A DNA stretch of 64,000 bases from Octopus vulgaris (GCA_951406725.2 OX597819.1:114204001-114268000), one strand, 5' to 3'. Positions 1 through 12,916 are shown, counted from the stretch's first letter. Numbers and translations: made by a program. Notes: generated by a model from the sequence alone, not told the origin.

Positions 1-194
1 TGTAGAAATGAGTTGTAGAGTCACTGGCACCAAACTGTATCAGCATTTGCCTTTCCCTTGAATAACATTGGTGGTGTTGAGAGGGCATGCTGGTATGCAT
101 GTGCAACCGCTGGTCTTCCATAAACAACCTTGCCCGGACTTGTGCCTTGGAGAGGAAATTTTCTAGGTGCATCTCATGGTCATTCATAACCATG

Positions 195-690
195 GAAAGC
201 GAACAGTGTATGAGTCAGATACATGCTTGCATGTGTATGGAGGGGGAAAAATCAGGTGTAGCGTTGGCAAATCTCAGGAAGCATGGAAGTTTTGAAGGAT
301 GCAGTACTCTGACAACTAACAACTGATGCTGGCAGTTTATTCCATACTTCAGCAACTCTTAGCATGAAAGAATGTTTCCGAAAGTCATGGGAGCTGTGCT
401 GTTTTCTGACTTTGTAAACATGTTCACAGGTGTTAGACAGATGGATTTTGAAAAGGTGCTCAGAGTTATTGTTTGTAAGATGGTTAATAATTTTATGGGT
501 GTCTGCCAAGTCAGCTGCCAGTCGTCGGAGTTTCAATGTATCCATGCCCAGGGAAGTAAAGTGTTCAGAATATGGCAAATGCCTGATGGAGGGTATTCTC
601 TTGGCTGCCGCTGAACGGCTTCCAGACGATTAATATCCTGGGCAAGATAGGAGTTCCAGACTGGTGATGCAAATTCCAGAAGATACAACT
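195..690 (-). mobile_element. CR1/L2-group LINE 3' fragment (RT C-terminus and 3' UTR), frameshifted
   Basis: Minus-strand peptides LEFASPVWNSYLAQDINRLEAVQR and RKHSFMLRVAEVWNKLP are typical CR1 RT C-terminal motifs; the same sequence recurs at 32296-32615 (+). Confidence 0.85.
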
Positions 691-751
691 CATTGCTTAT
701 ACAATCACCACTCATTAAAATATCATAATCCAGACTCTTTCAACCAGCCAC

Positions 752-1179
752 CAGCCCTGGATTAACTATTAAGCAAAATAAGCACTTGTTTAGGGCACCA
801 AGGGAAGTAGGGGAACCACAGAAATGATAAATGGTTTACAGTACAAAAGAAATCTCTTTAAACTTGCTAAAATAGTATTTGGGATGCCTTATCTCTAATG
901 AGCATAAAAGCAGAAGTGTTACTTAAAATTAATTTTGAGGATCTGGTCAAAGACTTGGTAATTAACAAAAAGTAGAGGAAAACTTTCCAAATATAAGTAA
1001 AGTAGAAGTGTATAAAAATAAACATTATTTTCCATCTTACTGTTAGTTTTGTTTCATTTTGAAAAATAAAAATTTATTTACTGGCTTACTACTATTGTTT
1101 ATATTTAGAATTACATATATAGGGGGGCACCAAAATCTTTTAAGTGCTTAGGGCCCCTATGGGTCTTAGTCTATCCCTG
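752..1179. mobile_element. Non-autonomous hAT-like MITE
   Basis: Degenerate ends CAGCCCTGGATTAA...TTAGTCTATCCCTG, with subterminal TAAGCAC..TAGGGCACC / GTGCTTAGGGCCCC motifs. Confidence 0.5.
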
Positions 1180-1623
1180 CTCCCCACCTCCACCACCATC
1201 TAACTTTATAACATTAAGACCTCTCAGAACTTACTTTCTAAGCAACTGTAACCCATTATTAATATCACACATTACTCACAGCACATACTCTATGTAAGAG
1301 GTTCTCAATATGGGTGGTGCCATCCCCAAAGGGGCACTAGACATGTTGAATGGGGCATTAGGCTTTAGCAGGTGGTGAGGTAACATAATTAACATATCAG
1401 ATTTTATCTATAGTAGTAATTATATTATGTATGATAAAACTAGTAAAATGGTTGTCAAAATAAAATGAGATCTCATTAGGCGGAGGGAAGTCATTAACTT
1501 GCTATGTATAAAGTAAATTTACAACTTCTGTCTTTAGTAATTTTTATTGTTTATACAATCCATTTTTAGAGTAAAATTTATAAAATCATAATCCACTTTA
1601 GATTAGTATAAAGTAAATTTACA

Positions 1624-2035
1624 AGGCTGTGTAGTAAGTAGCTTGCTTACGAACCACATGGTTCTGGGTTCAGTCCCACTGTGTAGCACCTTGGGCAAGT
1701 GTCTTCTGCTATAGCCTTGGGCTGACCAAAGCCTTGTGAGTGGATTTGGCAGACGGAAAATGGAAGAAGCCCATCGTATATATGTATGTATATATATATA
1801 TGTATGTGTGTGTATATGTTTATGTGTCTGTGTTTGTTTCCCCCCCCCAACATCGCTTGACAACCAATGCTGGTGTGTTTGTGTCCCTGTAACTTAGTGG
1901 TTCGGCAAAAGAGACCAATAGAATAAGTACTAGGCTTACAAAGAATAAGTTCTGGGGTCAATTTGCTCGACTAGAAAGGGCGGTGCTCCAGCATGGCAAC
2001 AGTCAAATGACTGAAACAAATAAAAGAATAAAAGA
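1624..2035 (+). mobile_element. tRNA-derived CORE-type SINE (octopus OR-like), inside a decayed hAT MITE (~1296-2226)
   Basis: Head with B-box GGTTCAGTCCC, CORE-like GCACCTTGGGCAAGTGTCTT, internal (TA/TG)n, tail GACTGAAACAAATAAAAGAATAAAAGAG; more than 15 related copies in the window. Confidence 0.9.
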
Positions 2036-2519
2036 GTAACTATTGTCTTTATTAATTTTTTATCATTTATACAATCCATTTTTAGAGTAAAATTTATAAA
2101 ATTATCATCCATGTTAAGTGAGTGTAGTTTAGTTGTGATACCTCACTTGCTGCTTAGGTGGGTGCTAGGCATAACAACTACTTAAAAAGGAGGGTGCTAC
2201 AACAAGAAACGGTTAAGAACCACAGTGTTAGACAATTATTACTGGACACTAAAACATGTAACACCAACTGCACAGAACATTTGAAAGACTACCCTACCCA
2301 ACAGCACAGCTCACTTTGTAAAATAAGCTACACAACAAACTAAAATAACACCAAGAACAACAAAGAGAAACTAATGAAGTATATGATCTCCATTCTACAT
2401 CCTCAACAAGCAATACTGCGCATGCATGCACACACACATACATGCACACACCTTATACAACTCTACATGCAATGATATTTTGTTTTTGTGAAAATACCAA
2501 AGTAAACTGTGCATGTGTG

Positions 2520-2554
<35 letters not shown>

Positions 2555-3652
2555 TTGTGGTCACCCATTTACATATGTTTATACAGATCAATCAGCAAGG
2601 AGTCACAAACACATATACATACACCTGTGCACACCCATATGTATGTGTGTATGTATGTGTGACTCTATATATACACACAGACACACCCACTTATATGTTT
2701 ATGCCTTTGTATAATTACATCAGTCCTAATGTGATTTCGCTGCTTGATATTTATTTAATCATAAGGACCACAAAATGAATGTGGATGGCAGTGATGGTGG
2801 TGACGGCGGTGGTTTTGGTGGTGGTGGTGGTGGTGGCAGTGGTTTTGGTGGTGGTGGTGGAAGTGCTGCTGCTGTTGCTGGAAATAGTGATGGCAATAGT
2901 GCTTTTTGGGGGGTGAGGAATGCTTGGGGTGAGATTATGTTTTTTTTTTTTTTGGTTTTTGTGGGGTACTTTTGCTGGTGGTAGTTTCATGAGGTTTGAT
3001 GTTGTTTAGTCCTCACCTCTATTTTAGTTGAGCATTCCTTTGACAAAGGAGATTCCCTGCATAGCCATTCCACATGTGCCCATTCCATCTTTAACCTATG
3101 TACAGAGAATCCAGCACCACATTATCCAACATGCTCTTTTGAAGATAGTGGGAAAGGGGTGACTTCAGATAAATTTGGCTGCTATTTCTAGCAGGTCCAT
3201 CAACTACATAAAGGCTCAACCAACTCATTTTGATGGTGATGTCTTTTTATTACAATGTTGTTAGCATTAGTATTGCTGGATATGGGGATAGTTTTGCTTG
3301 GTGTTGGAACCCATGGAGTGATGATGGTGATGGACAATGAAAGGACTGAGTTTGTGATGTTGATATCACTTATTGTTGTGAGTTTTCTAATCAGCAGCAG
3401 CTTGGTGCATAGAAAAAATGAAGACATTTGGCTGGTATTTCTAGCAGGATGAGTACCCACATAGAGATTTCCAATATAACCCTTTAGCATTCAGATTACT
3501 CTGTCAAACACTACACCTCTCCATACACATGCTTATATGTATATCATAACTCATACACTGTTCACTTTCCTGACTTTTGTACTAATTCTACGTACTGTAC
3601 ATGCACCTTTGATGAGTTGTAGTGCACCTGAGCACTATACACAATAATTTCA

Positions 3653-3683
<31 letters not shown>

Positions 3684-3900
3684 TATCATATAAAAATTTT
3701 TGACATATCAACTGCGAACTAATCACCGACCCAGTTCCACAAATTAATAATTCTGTGGTTGTGTGATAAGAAGTTTGTTTCCCTACCACATGGTTCTGAG
3801 TTCAGTCCTACTGCATGCACCTTGGGCAAGTGTACTATACCTTTGGGCTGATCAAAGCTTTGTGAGTGGATTTGGTAGGTGGAAACTGAAAGAAGCTCAT

Positions 3901-3941
<41 letters not shown>

Positions 3942-4326
3942 GTGTGTGAGGCCATCTGATTTTAGGTGATCTGGAACCTATATCTTAATAAGATGGAGGC
4001 ATGACTATGAGAGTAAGAAGCTTGCTTTGAAATCTCATGGTTTGGGGTTCAATCCCACTACACAGCACTAAGTTTCTTCTACTATAGCCCTGGGACAAAA
4101 CATGCCTTGTGAGTGAACTTGGTAGGTGGAAACTGTGTGGAAGCCTGTTATATATATATTTGTGTGTGTGTGTGCCTATGCATCTATGTGTGTATGTGTG
4201 CGCCACCACTGCTTCACAACTGCTGTTGGTTTGTTTATGTCCCTGTACCAATTCAACAAAAGACACCACTAAAATAAATACCAGACTTAAAAATTAAGTG
4301 CCAGAGTTGATTTATTCATCTGAACC

Positions 4327-4678
4327 AGTGGTTCTCAACTAGAGTCCATATGGCCCCTGAGAATCCATGAAAGATTTTTTGGGGGGTCCACGCAACAAAA
4401 GAATAAATTCGGAATCCACAATAGTAAATTTAAAGGCCCCTGAAAAAAAATTTGCTTGAGATGTATGTATTGGTATGTATTACAAGAAACAGCTGGGTTT
4501 CTTTCTTGAATGTTTTACATAGTTCAACCAAGACAAATTAATATGGGAAAAACAAAATAGGAATTTTGAAAGACATTTCTATAAAACTAGTTTATAAACA
4601 TTGAATGGCTATAGAGGTCCACCAGAATAAAATAAAAATCAAAGGAGTCCATAGATAAAAAATGGTTGAGAACCCCTA
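4327..4678. mobile_element. hAT (Charlie-like) MITE
   Basis: TIRs CAGTGGTTCTCAAC / GTTGAGAACCCCT; degenerate 8-bp TSD ATCTGAAC/ATCTAAGC. Confidence 0.75.
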
Positions 4679-5018
4679 ATCTAAGCCCTTCGAAGCAATG
4701 CCCTAGCATGGCCTCTGTCCAATAACTGAAAGAAATAAAATTTAAAAGATAAGCCTTCATAAATTCATTTCCAAAATGTCGAAGCTTCACTATATATCGT
4801 TAAAGTGTGCTCTGTATAATTTTAGATTTGCTTCAGTAACCTGAACTGATAACTTGCACTCGTTAATCAATTGATACATATCTCTCATCACAATGTCTCA
4901 AAATTCAGACTATATTATTATTTAATTTTGCAACAAGCTTTGTTTATTTATTTGTAGAGTTTATGTATTTTAATATTTTATTTGAATATTTATTGTTCTT
5001 TTTTTTTATATTTTTCAG

Positions 5019-5130
5019 GTAAGCTTATTGATCAAGTGATACACATCTTGTGTGATTGCTTCACTGTAAAACTGTTGATATCACCTGAACAAAATGCAAA
5101 TGACATCACATATGTAGCTCAGGTACAGAG
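5019..5130 (+). other. Candidate exon of an unidentified transcript
   Basis: Long T-tract plus CAG acceptor, AG|GTAAGA donor, one open frame (GKLIDQVIHILCDCFTVKLLISPEQNANDITYVAQVQ); no recognisable homology. Confidence 0.3.
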
Positions 5131-5318
5131 GTAAGAGCAACAGGCTTTATATGTGGAACATTCACATTCAACAAAAGGTGTTGACCAGACAACACATCTG
5201 CTGACTGATTCCTCTAAAAGACTGCAAAAAATTCTCAGTAATATCTATTCTGTTAATTTCATAATTGTTATTAAAAAAATATTGTACCCACACACACACA
5301 ATTATATCTATCTATCTA

Positions 5319-5360
<42 letters not shown>

Positions 5361-5419
5361 GAGAAATAAGCTAGATTAAATCTCTGAGCGAGAGGTAAAC
5401 AGTAACAGTACAGAATCAT

Positions 5420-5562
5420 AAAATATATTTGCCAACTAAACGTAGCAGTCCCATAGAGGACGATGCTACTGTTGTTTTTAGCTCCAGGAAACCCCTGGGG
5501 TTAAAAACAACAGTAACATTGTCCTCTATGACATTGCCACATTTAGTTGACAAATATATTTT
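5420..5562. repeat. Imperfect palindrome (~65-bp arms) between (TA)n tracts
   Basis: AAAATATATTTGCCAACTAAA...CATAGAGGACGATGCTACTGTTGTTTTTAGC is mirrored by GTTAAAAACAACAGTAACATTGTCCTCTATG...TTTAGTTGACAAATATATTTT. Confidence 0.85.
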
Positions 5563-6350
5563 ACAATATATATATATATATATAGATATATATATATAGC
5601 TTATAGGCTGTGCTACAGCATGGCCACAGCCCTCAGGCTGGAACTAATAAAAGAATGTGTTTGTAGATGTGTGTGTATATATATGTGTGTGCGTGCGTGT
5701 GTATATGTATGTATATTACTGGTGAAGGCCTGTTTATAGGGTTACTCTGGGTTTCTCGTCATAAAGAGTATCTTTATGGCATAGCATCAGACCCTCAGAC
5801 TTGTTGGCCTATCTTTTCTTAAAAAACAAATTGTTCCATATTTGAGGGGCTTGTGGCCTCTGTATAATATGCAGAAGTGCTGCACTGGTCAGCTATTTTG
5901 TGGAGACCATGTGGACACTACATAAAACTCCAGCCAGGTAGCAAAAAGATAGTTTTATTTTTGTTTTAGAAAGTATAAAAACGAAGGAGAAGCATACCCT
6001 AAGAAGTAGAGCAGTCTATATTTATTACTAGTGAAGGCCTGTTTATAGGGTTGCCCTGGGTTTCTCGCCAGTAATACAGGCCTTCAGCAGTAATAAATAT
6101 AGACTGTTCTGCTTCTTAGATTGTGCTTCTCCATTTTTATGTTTTTCAAAAAAAAAATTTTAATTAAAAAAATTTTTTTAAAAACTATACAATTATATAT
6201 ATATATGGCGTTAGGAAGGGCATCCAGCCGTAGAAACATTGCCAGATCAGACTGGGCCTGGTGCAGCTTTCTTGCTTCCCAGACCCCAGTTGAACCGTCC
6301 AACCCATGCTAGCATGGAAAGCGGACACTAAACGATGATGATGATGATGA

Positions 6351-6385
<35 letters not shown>

Positions 6386-7035
6386 GACAAGTTGCTAGAT
6401 TATTTGTTTCTTGGTTGTATCACACTTTAGAAATATCAGCTAAAGGATAATGTGTTATACTGAGTTATGAAGAGAGAAGGAAAATTAAGGCATGAGCTGA
6501 AGGAAGGTGTGAGTGTTAATCGTTGTTGACAAAACACCAGCCTTGGAAACTGTTGTATTCATAAAAATTTTATGATCCCTTTGGAATGAAATATTTCACA
6601 CCAATTCCCTCCCTTCCACCCCTTCTCCCCACGCAACACACTTCTCACATTCTACATTCATCATTCACTGTGGTCCATCTAACTGCATTATTGGATTTTG
6701 TTTGTTTATTCTGTAACTCTAACAATATTATCCACATCTGTAGAGAATCTCTGAATCTATTCTACTTATTTATTAATGATTCACTGAATCAACTTACTGG
6801 ATTTTTACTCTTAGCCCCTGTCACATTTCTTGTAGTCTATTTTTGATAAAGCAGGTTTGTTTGTTTCACCTCCTGTTTTCAGTTATAGCCAGCTGTATGT
6901 GGCTCTGAATAAAACAAAGAATCTAGCTAACTTGGAATTACTGACTGAAGATTAGGAAGGTCTAGAAACAATATCATAGAATCAAGAATATTCTTACATT
7001 AAAATATATTTTTATATTTTTGCATAATATATATA

Positions 7036-7440
7036 CTCTTTTACTTGTTTCAGTCATTGACAGTGGCCATGCTGGAGCACCGCCTTTAGTCGAGCAAATC
7101 GACCCCAGGACTTATTCATTGTAAGCCTAGTACTTATTCTATCGGTCTCTTTTGCCGAACCGCTAAGTTACGGGGACGTAAACACACCAGCATCGGTTGT
7201 CAAGCGATGTTGGGGAGAACACACCAGCATCGGTTGTCAAGCGATGTTGGGGAGACAAACACAGACACACAAACATACACACACACACACATATACGACG
7301 GGCTTCTTTCAGTTTCCGTCTACCAAATCCCCTCATGGCTTTAGTAGAAAACACTTGCCTGAGGTGCCACGCAGTGGGTCTGAACCCAGAACCATGTGGT
7401 TGGTAAGCAAGTTATTTACCATACAGCCACTCCTATGCCT
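7036..7440 (-). mobile_element. CORE-type SINE with an internal ~38-bp tandem duplication
   Basis: Reverse complement of the 1624 family; ACACCAGCATCGGTTGTCAAGCGATGTTGGGGAGA occurs twice. Confidence 0.9.
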
Positions 7441-7779
7441 ATATTCCAAATTCAAATGAATCATGGTATTTTTTATGTGTTCTATGCTAGTAGATTATAT
7501 ATCATCATCATCATCATATCCATTTTCTATGCTGGCATAAGATGAATGTTCTGACAAGATCTAACGAGTTATAGGACGATATCTTGCTCCAAATTGGATG
7601 TCATTTCTCTGGCTGGATGTCTATCCTAATACCACCATTTTACCTGGTGTGCTGGGTACTGTTTTTCTTGGCACCAACATTAATGAAATTGCTTTGTAAT
7701 TTGCAAGATTAAGGAACCCCTAGACTGAGAGGGAGAAAGAGTGTTCACTTTATGTGAGGTGTATGGAAGTTAAAGTGAA

Positions 7780-8500
7780 GGCACATGACTCAGTGATTAG
7801 AGTGGTGGGCTCACAATCATGAGGTAATGAGTTCAATTCCAGGACTAGGCTGTGCATTGTGTTCTTGAGCAAAGCACTTTATTTTACATTGCTGCAGTTC
7901 ACTCATCTGTAGAAATGAGATGCAGCATCACTAGTGTCTATCTGTATCGGCCTTTGCATTTCTCTTGGATAACATCAGTGGCATGGAGAGGAGAAGCTGG
8001 TATGCATGGGCAACTGCTGGTCTTCTACAAACAACCTTGCCTGAATTTGTGCCTTGGAGAGGAACTTTCTCTCTCTCTCTCTCTCTTTTACTTGTTTCAG
8101 TCATTTGACTGCGGCCATGCTGGAGCACCGCCTTTAGTCGAGCAAATCGACTCCAGGACTTATTCTTTGTAAGCCCAGTACTTATTCTATCGGTCTCTTT
8201 TGCCGAACCGCTAAGTTACAGGGACGTCAAGTGGTGCTAGGGGCACAAACACAGACACACATATATATATATATACATATATACGACAGGCTTCTTTCAG
8301 TTTCCGTCTACCAAATCCACTCACAAGGCATTAGTCGGTCCGAGGCTATAGCAGAAGACACTTGCCCAAGATGCCACGCAGTGGGACTGAACCCGGAACC
8401 ATGTGGTTTGTAAGCCAGCTACTTACCACACAGCCACTCCTGCGCTAGGAACTTTCTAGGTGCAATCCCATGATCATTCATGATTAAAAATGGTCTTTAC
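7780..8500 (+). mobile_element. Second tRNA-derived SINE family, interrupted by a CORE-type SINE (~8068-8446, -)
   Basis: Head GGCACATGACTCAGTGATTAGAG...GAGTTCAATTCC, then GTGTTCTTGAGCAAAGCAC; AGGAACTTTCT is duplicated on both sides of the inserted SINE. Relatives at 1-190, 15075-15365, 17072-17330 and 36892-37197. Confidence 0.8.
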
Positions 8501-9009
8501 CCTTCTTTTACAGATGTTAAAGTATGATGGGGAAAGCAGGGGCGAGTTTATTGTTGTAGGGGAAATTTATGGCTACCTCTCATTTTACGTGAATGAATAG
8601 GGTAGTTGGTGCAGTGCCTTAAACAAATAAATATGGAGGTAATAGGGTGCCAGAATGTACTGTCAAAGTAATACGTCCAAAAAAGGTGAATACAAGTGGA
8701 TATGAATACAAAAGAATCAGTTTGGGTGGGAAGAGAGTGAGAAATGGATATAAACATTGGGTGGAGGTTGTGGTGTCTCTACCTAGTCTTCAACTTCTGC
8801 TTTTCTCCCTTCCCATCCATCCGGAGACAGACACACATATATATAAAATACCTACATATGCATACATTTATATCTGTTTACGTGTGTATATATTTGTGTG
8901 TTTGTATATGGCTTTGTCAATGCCAAATAGTAATTTAGTAATTGGACATAGAGTGTTCAATAAGTAGATTTAAAATGCGTACTTGAGTCAGTATAATAAA
9001 ACAAAACAC

Positions 9010-9260
9010 TTCAGACCGTAGACGCAGTCTAATAACAAAAAATTAAAGAACAGCTTTCACGAGCGTACGCACACATACTCGCACGCAAACATATCTATAC
9101 ACAAACTGAGTATTTACCATATTAACTCTTCCAGTTATTCCTCGGGTTAAATTTTCAACGTTTGCAAAATTACGCGAAACCACGTCTTGCCAAAATAGAT
9201 GCAAGGGACACAACTCTTGCATCTCTTCAGCTTAACCATCCGTGGTTACCTTCCTTGTGA
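9010..9260. promoter_or_regulatory. CpG-retaining unique segment (possible promoter or first exon)
   Basis: Many CpGs (GAGCGTACGC, TCGCACGC, TACGCGAAAC) in a CpG-poor background; splice-like signals on both strands. Confidence 0.3.
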
Positions 9261-9944
9261 GTGATTATTAACTTTGACACAAGACTAAGAATTAGAACGG
9301 TAGGGGCGGACCGCTGGGGTGGGCTGGCTGAGGGGCACGTGCCTTCCTCAGGAAAAGAAGTGCGCCTTTCTAAATAATATTACACCCGTTTCTCCTGGAA
9401 TTGTATTCCCTTCTGACCTTGTGTCTTCCTTTCGAAAAATTCCTGGGACCAAGCCTGAAAGGGGAATGCAATCGATTGTTTATTTATATCAAAACTATAA
9501 AAACAAATCACTAGCAAGGGATTTCTTTTTTTAATAATTTAAACCGGAGGAAAAAGTACAACATACCCCACCCCTTTTTTAAGCCTCTGAAATTGTTGGA
9601 AAGAAGACAGGAAGTTCTCAGACCTGAGACATAGCTCTGAATACTTGAAATAGAATGGACTGTGATAAAGGTACTAAGAGGCCAAGTAGCAGTGATAAAA
9701 ATGGACTAAGACTACCTGATACTAGGTGTCAAAGGGACGTAATTTTACTGCCTTGTTCTACCATTTTTGTCGCTCAAAACATTTACTGACTGATACAATA
9801 GAGGATTCTGAAATTATCAGAGTGCCACACATTTATAAGATAGAGTGTAATCAATTTAAATGATTCCAGGTCTTAACTGGAACAATAGTAACATGGCGAG
9901 TTACAGTAAGGTTTTGATAAAGTTACAAATTCTTAAGGGGTACT

Positions 9945-10340
9945 CTTTCTCTCTCTCTTTTACTCTTTAACTTGTTTCAGTCATTTGACTGCGGCCATGC
10001 TGGAGCACCGCCTTTTGTCGAGCAAATCGACCCCAGGACTTATTCTTTGTAAGCCTAGTACTTATTCTATAGGTCCCTTTTGCCAAACAGCTAAGTTACA
10101 GGGACGTAAACACACCAGCATCGGTTGTCAAGCAATTTTGGGGGGACAAACACAGACACACAAACATACACACACACACACACACACATATATATACATA
10201 TATACGACGGACTTCACTCACAAGGCTTTGGTCGGCCTGAGGCTATAGTAGAAGACACTTGCCCAAGGTGCCCCGCAGTGGGACTGAACCCGGAACCATG
10301 TGGCTGGTTAGCAAGCTACTTACCATTCAGTCACTCCTGG
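9945..10340 (-). mobile_element. CORE-type SINE
   Basis: Near full-length reverse-complement copy of the 1624 family. Confidence 0.9.
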
Positions 10341-10899
10341 ATATAATTGATTAATCTTTCTGTGCTTGCATTTCTAATGAAATAGATACTATAGTTCTCA
10401 TGTATTTCAATTAATTGTAAAATTATTCTAGAGTTTAAAGGAGCTTAGTGAAATTGTTTATTTTTTGTTTGTTTTAGTCACTAGATTGTGGCATGGGTGG
10501 ATCACTGCTTTGAAAGGTTTTAGGTGAACTGATCGACCCCAGTACTCATTTTAAAATCTGGTACTTATTCTGTTGGTCTCTATTGTTGAATTGCTAAGTT
10601 AGAAGGATGTAAACAAACCAACATCAGTTGTCAATATATGGCAGGGACAGACACATGACCATCATCATCATCCTTTAATGTCTGTTTTCCATGCTGGCAT
10701 GGGTTGGACTAATGAATATATAATGTGTGTGTGTGTGTACATAAAAGCTTCCACTCAGTTTCCATTTACTAAATTCGCTTACAAGGCATTGGTTGGTCCA
10801 GGGCTATAATAGGAGTGAACCCAAAAGTATCTGGCTGAAAAACATGCTTCTTAGCTGCACGGACCCTTTTCAACCTCATCCTATTAAGACACCAAAACC

Positions 10900-12210
10900 T
10901 TCTAGTGACTAAGATGTAATTACCCCAGTAACTCAGACATCAATATTACAGTGACTCAGGCATCGATGCTCATGCAGCACAGACATCAATATCTCAATAA
11001 CCCAGATATCAATACCGCAGTGACACATTTATCAAGACTCTAATGGCTTAAAAATTAATACCTTAGTACACTTATGTCACTACACCTGTGAAATATCAAT
11101 ACCTTTGGAGTACATACATCAACGCCCTTGTGTCATGTACTGACATCAATACCTCAGTGATATAGATGTGAATACCCGAGTGACCTGAACATCAATACTT
11201 CATTTATATGCACTTCAATAACTGAGACATTAATATCTAAATGTACCTTGGTGGCATTAGGAAGGGCATCCAGCCGTAGAAACACTGCCAGATCTGACTG
11301 GGCCTGACGAAGCCTTCCAGCTTCACAGACCCCAGTTGACCCGTCCAACCCATGCTAGCATGGAAAGCGGACGCTAAATGATGATGATGATGATGATGAT
11401 GACCCTAGTGACCTAGACATCGATATCTCAACGACACAGGTATCAATATGCCAGTAATTCATATTAGTCCTCTTTGTAATAAGACAGCAATCCCTGTCCC
11501 TCCTATCATACTCCGGCCTCTCACCTGGTACATGGCCACTTCTCTTGGTACCTCTCTGTTTCTCAGCTGAGACGTCCCTGTCTTGCAAGCCACCTGGAAA
11601 CCCTGTGGGTACTGAAGCCATGTAAAAGAGTACCCATGTTGGTGCCACATGCCGGTGGCACCCATGCTGGTGCCACCTGTGTTAGCACCATGTAAAGTGC
11701 ACTCATACCAGCACCACATAGCAAGCACCCAGTACACTCTGTAAAGTGGTTGGCGTTAGGAAGAGCATCTTGCTATGGAAACCAAGCCAAAAACAGATGA
11801 TAGGAGCCTGGGGTAGCCCTCCAGCTTACCTGCTCCTGTTAAACCATCCAACCCATGCCAGCTTAGAAAATGGACATTAAATGATGATGATTATGATGAT
11901 GATGATGGTGATAATACTGAATGAAGCAGACATCATCAATATCTCTGTGACATGAACCAATACTTCATTTACTCACACCTCAATATCATAGCGACCCAGA
12001 CATCAAACTCTCAAGGACCCTTACATCTTACCTGATATCAATGTCTCAGTAACCTAGGTGGATAATAATCAATGACTGAGCAACCCAGACTTCAATATTT
12101 CTGTGACCCAGATATCAAATACACAGGTGACACAGACTCCCATAACCTAATGATCCAAATATTAATATCTCAGTGATACAGATAATGATATCCTGGTGAC
12201 GTAGACCTCA
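10900..12210. repeat. Degenerate ~23-bp minisatellite (consensus ~GACCCAGACATCAATATCTCAGT) interrupted by retroelement fragments
   Basis: Units such as AACTCAGACATCAATATTACAGT, AACCCAGATATCAATACCGCAGT, GACCTAGACATCGATATCTCAAC and AACCCAGACTTCAATATTTCTGT. Confidence 0.75.
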
Positions 12211-12312
12211 TTTAACAACTAACATAGAGTTTTTAAGTCCTACTATCTGTATTATATGTGAAATAGCAGACAACCATCATTCAGGTTTAAATAAAAGAGT
12301 AGATTTTCTTTC

Positions 12313-12521
12313 TTAAGCCTTTCGTTACCTTATTCCTGTTGAAGTACGCTCCTTTGTTTAGTCAATTCTGAAAACAAAGGAGAATTTAATAAAATAACTT
12401 TGTAGTTCTTAAATTGGTGTTAGAGATATAAATTGACATGAAATTTTGATGGAAAATTTACATTAAGTTTGTAGCTTAGAGCCAGTGACTTTCTCGGGCA
12501 GATTGGTATCAAAAGGGTTAA
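12313..12521. mobile_element. TTAA-flanked piggyBac-like MITE
   Basis: TTAA-GCCTTTCGTTACC ... GGTATCAAAAGGG-TTAA; related to 25068-25295 and 42637-42855. Confidence 0.75.
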
Positions 12522-12534
12522 GTGCCATAACTGA

Positions 12535-12916
12535 AGAAGCTGCTGCTGTTGCTGTTGAGCGAAGCGATCTTCGTCCCAGAGCTTGCAGTGGGAGAAGTCC
12601 GAATCGTGGTCCTTTGCTATTCGTAAAACCCGTAGAAGAGAAAGCAGGCCAACCCCCGACACCGAGAGCATCGACAGATGGATGAATGCGCATCCAGGCT
12701 CAGCGGTTGCGTAGGAAGTCGGGGACAAGAAACAGGAAGAAAGAGTGAGAGAAGGTTGGAGCGAAAGAGTACAACAGGGGTCGCCACCACTCCCTGCCGG
12801 AGTTCGTGGAGCTTTAGGTGTTTTCGCTCAATAAACACACACAACACCCGGTCTGGGAATCGAAACCGCGATCCTCCAACCGCAAGTCCACTGCCCTAAC
12901 CACTGGGCTATTGCTC
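12535..12916 (-). mobile_element. Young, CpG-intact tRNA-derived SINE (third family)
   Basis: Minus strand: A-box TAGCCCAGTGG, B-box GTTTCGATTCC, GC-rich body, CAA/CAG-type repeat tail. Confidence 0.8.

Noticed and set aside
2775-2984. Glycine-rich protein ORF
   Set aside because: Degenerate (GGT)n microsatellite with no splice or gene context.
9302-9350. Sp1 GC-box and E-box as promoter elements
   Set aside because: AGGGGCGGA...GGGGCACGTGCC resembles the terminus of a common DNA-transposon MITE, so it is not counted as promoter evidence.
10900-12210. CRISPR-like array
   Set aside because: Units are contiguous and degenerate with no unique spacers; eukaryotic context; no cas genes.
12850-12916. 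tRNA genes here and at 52519, 17072, 7780 and 20668
   Set aside because: A/B boxes are present, but no complete cloverleaf is evident and each runs into a repeat body, so these are SINE heads.
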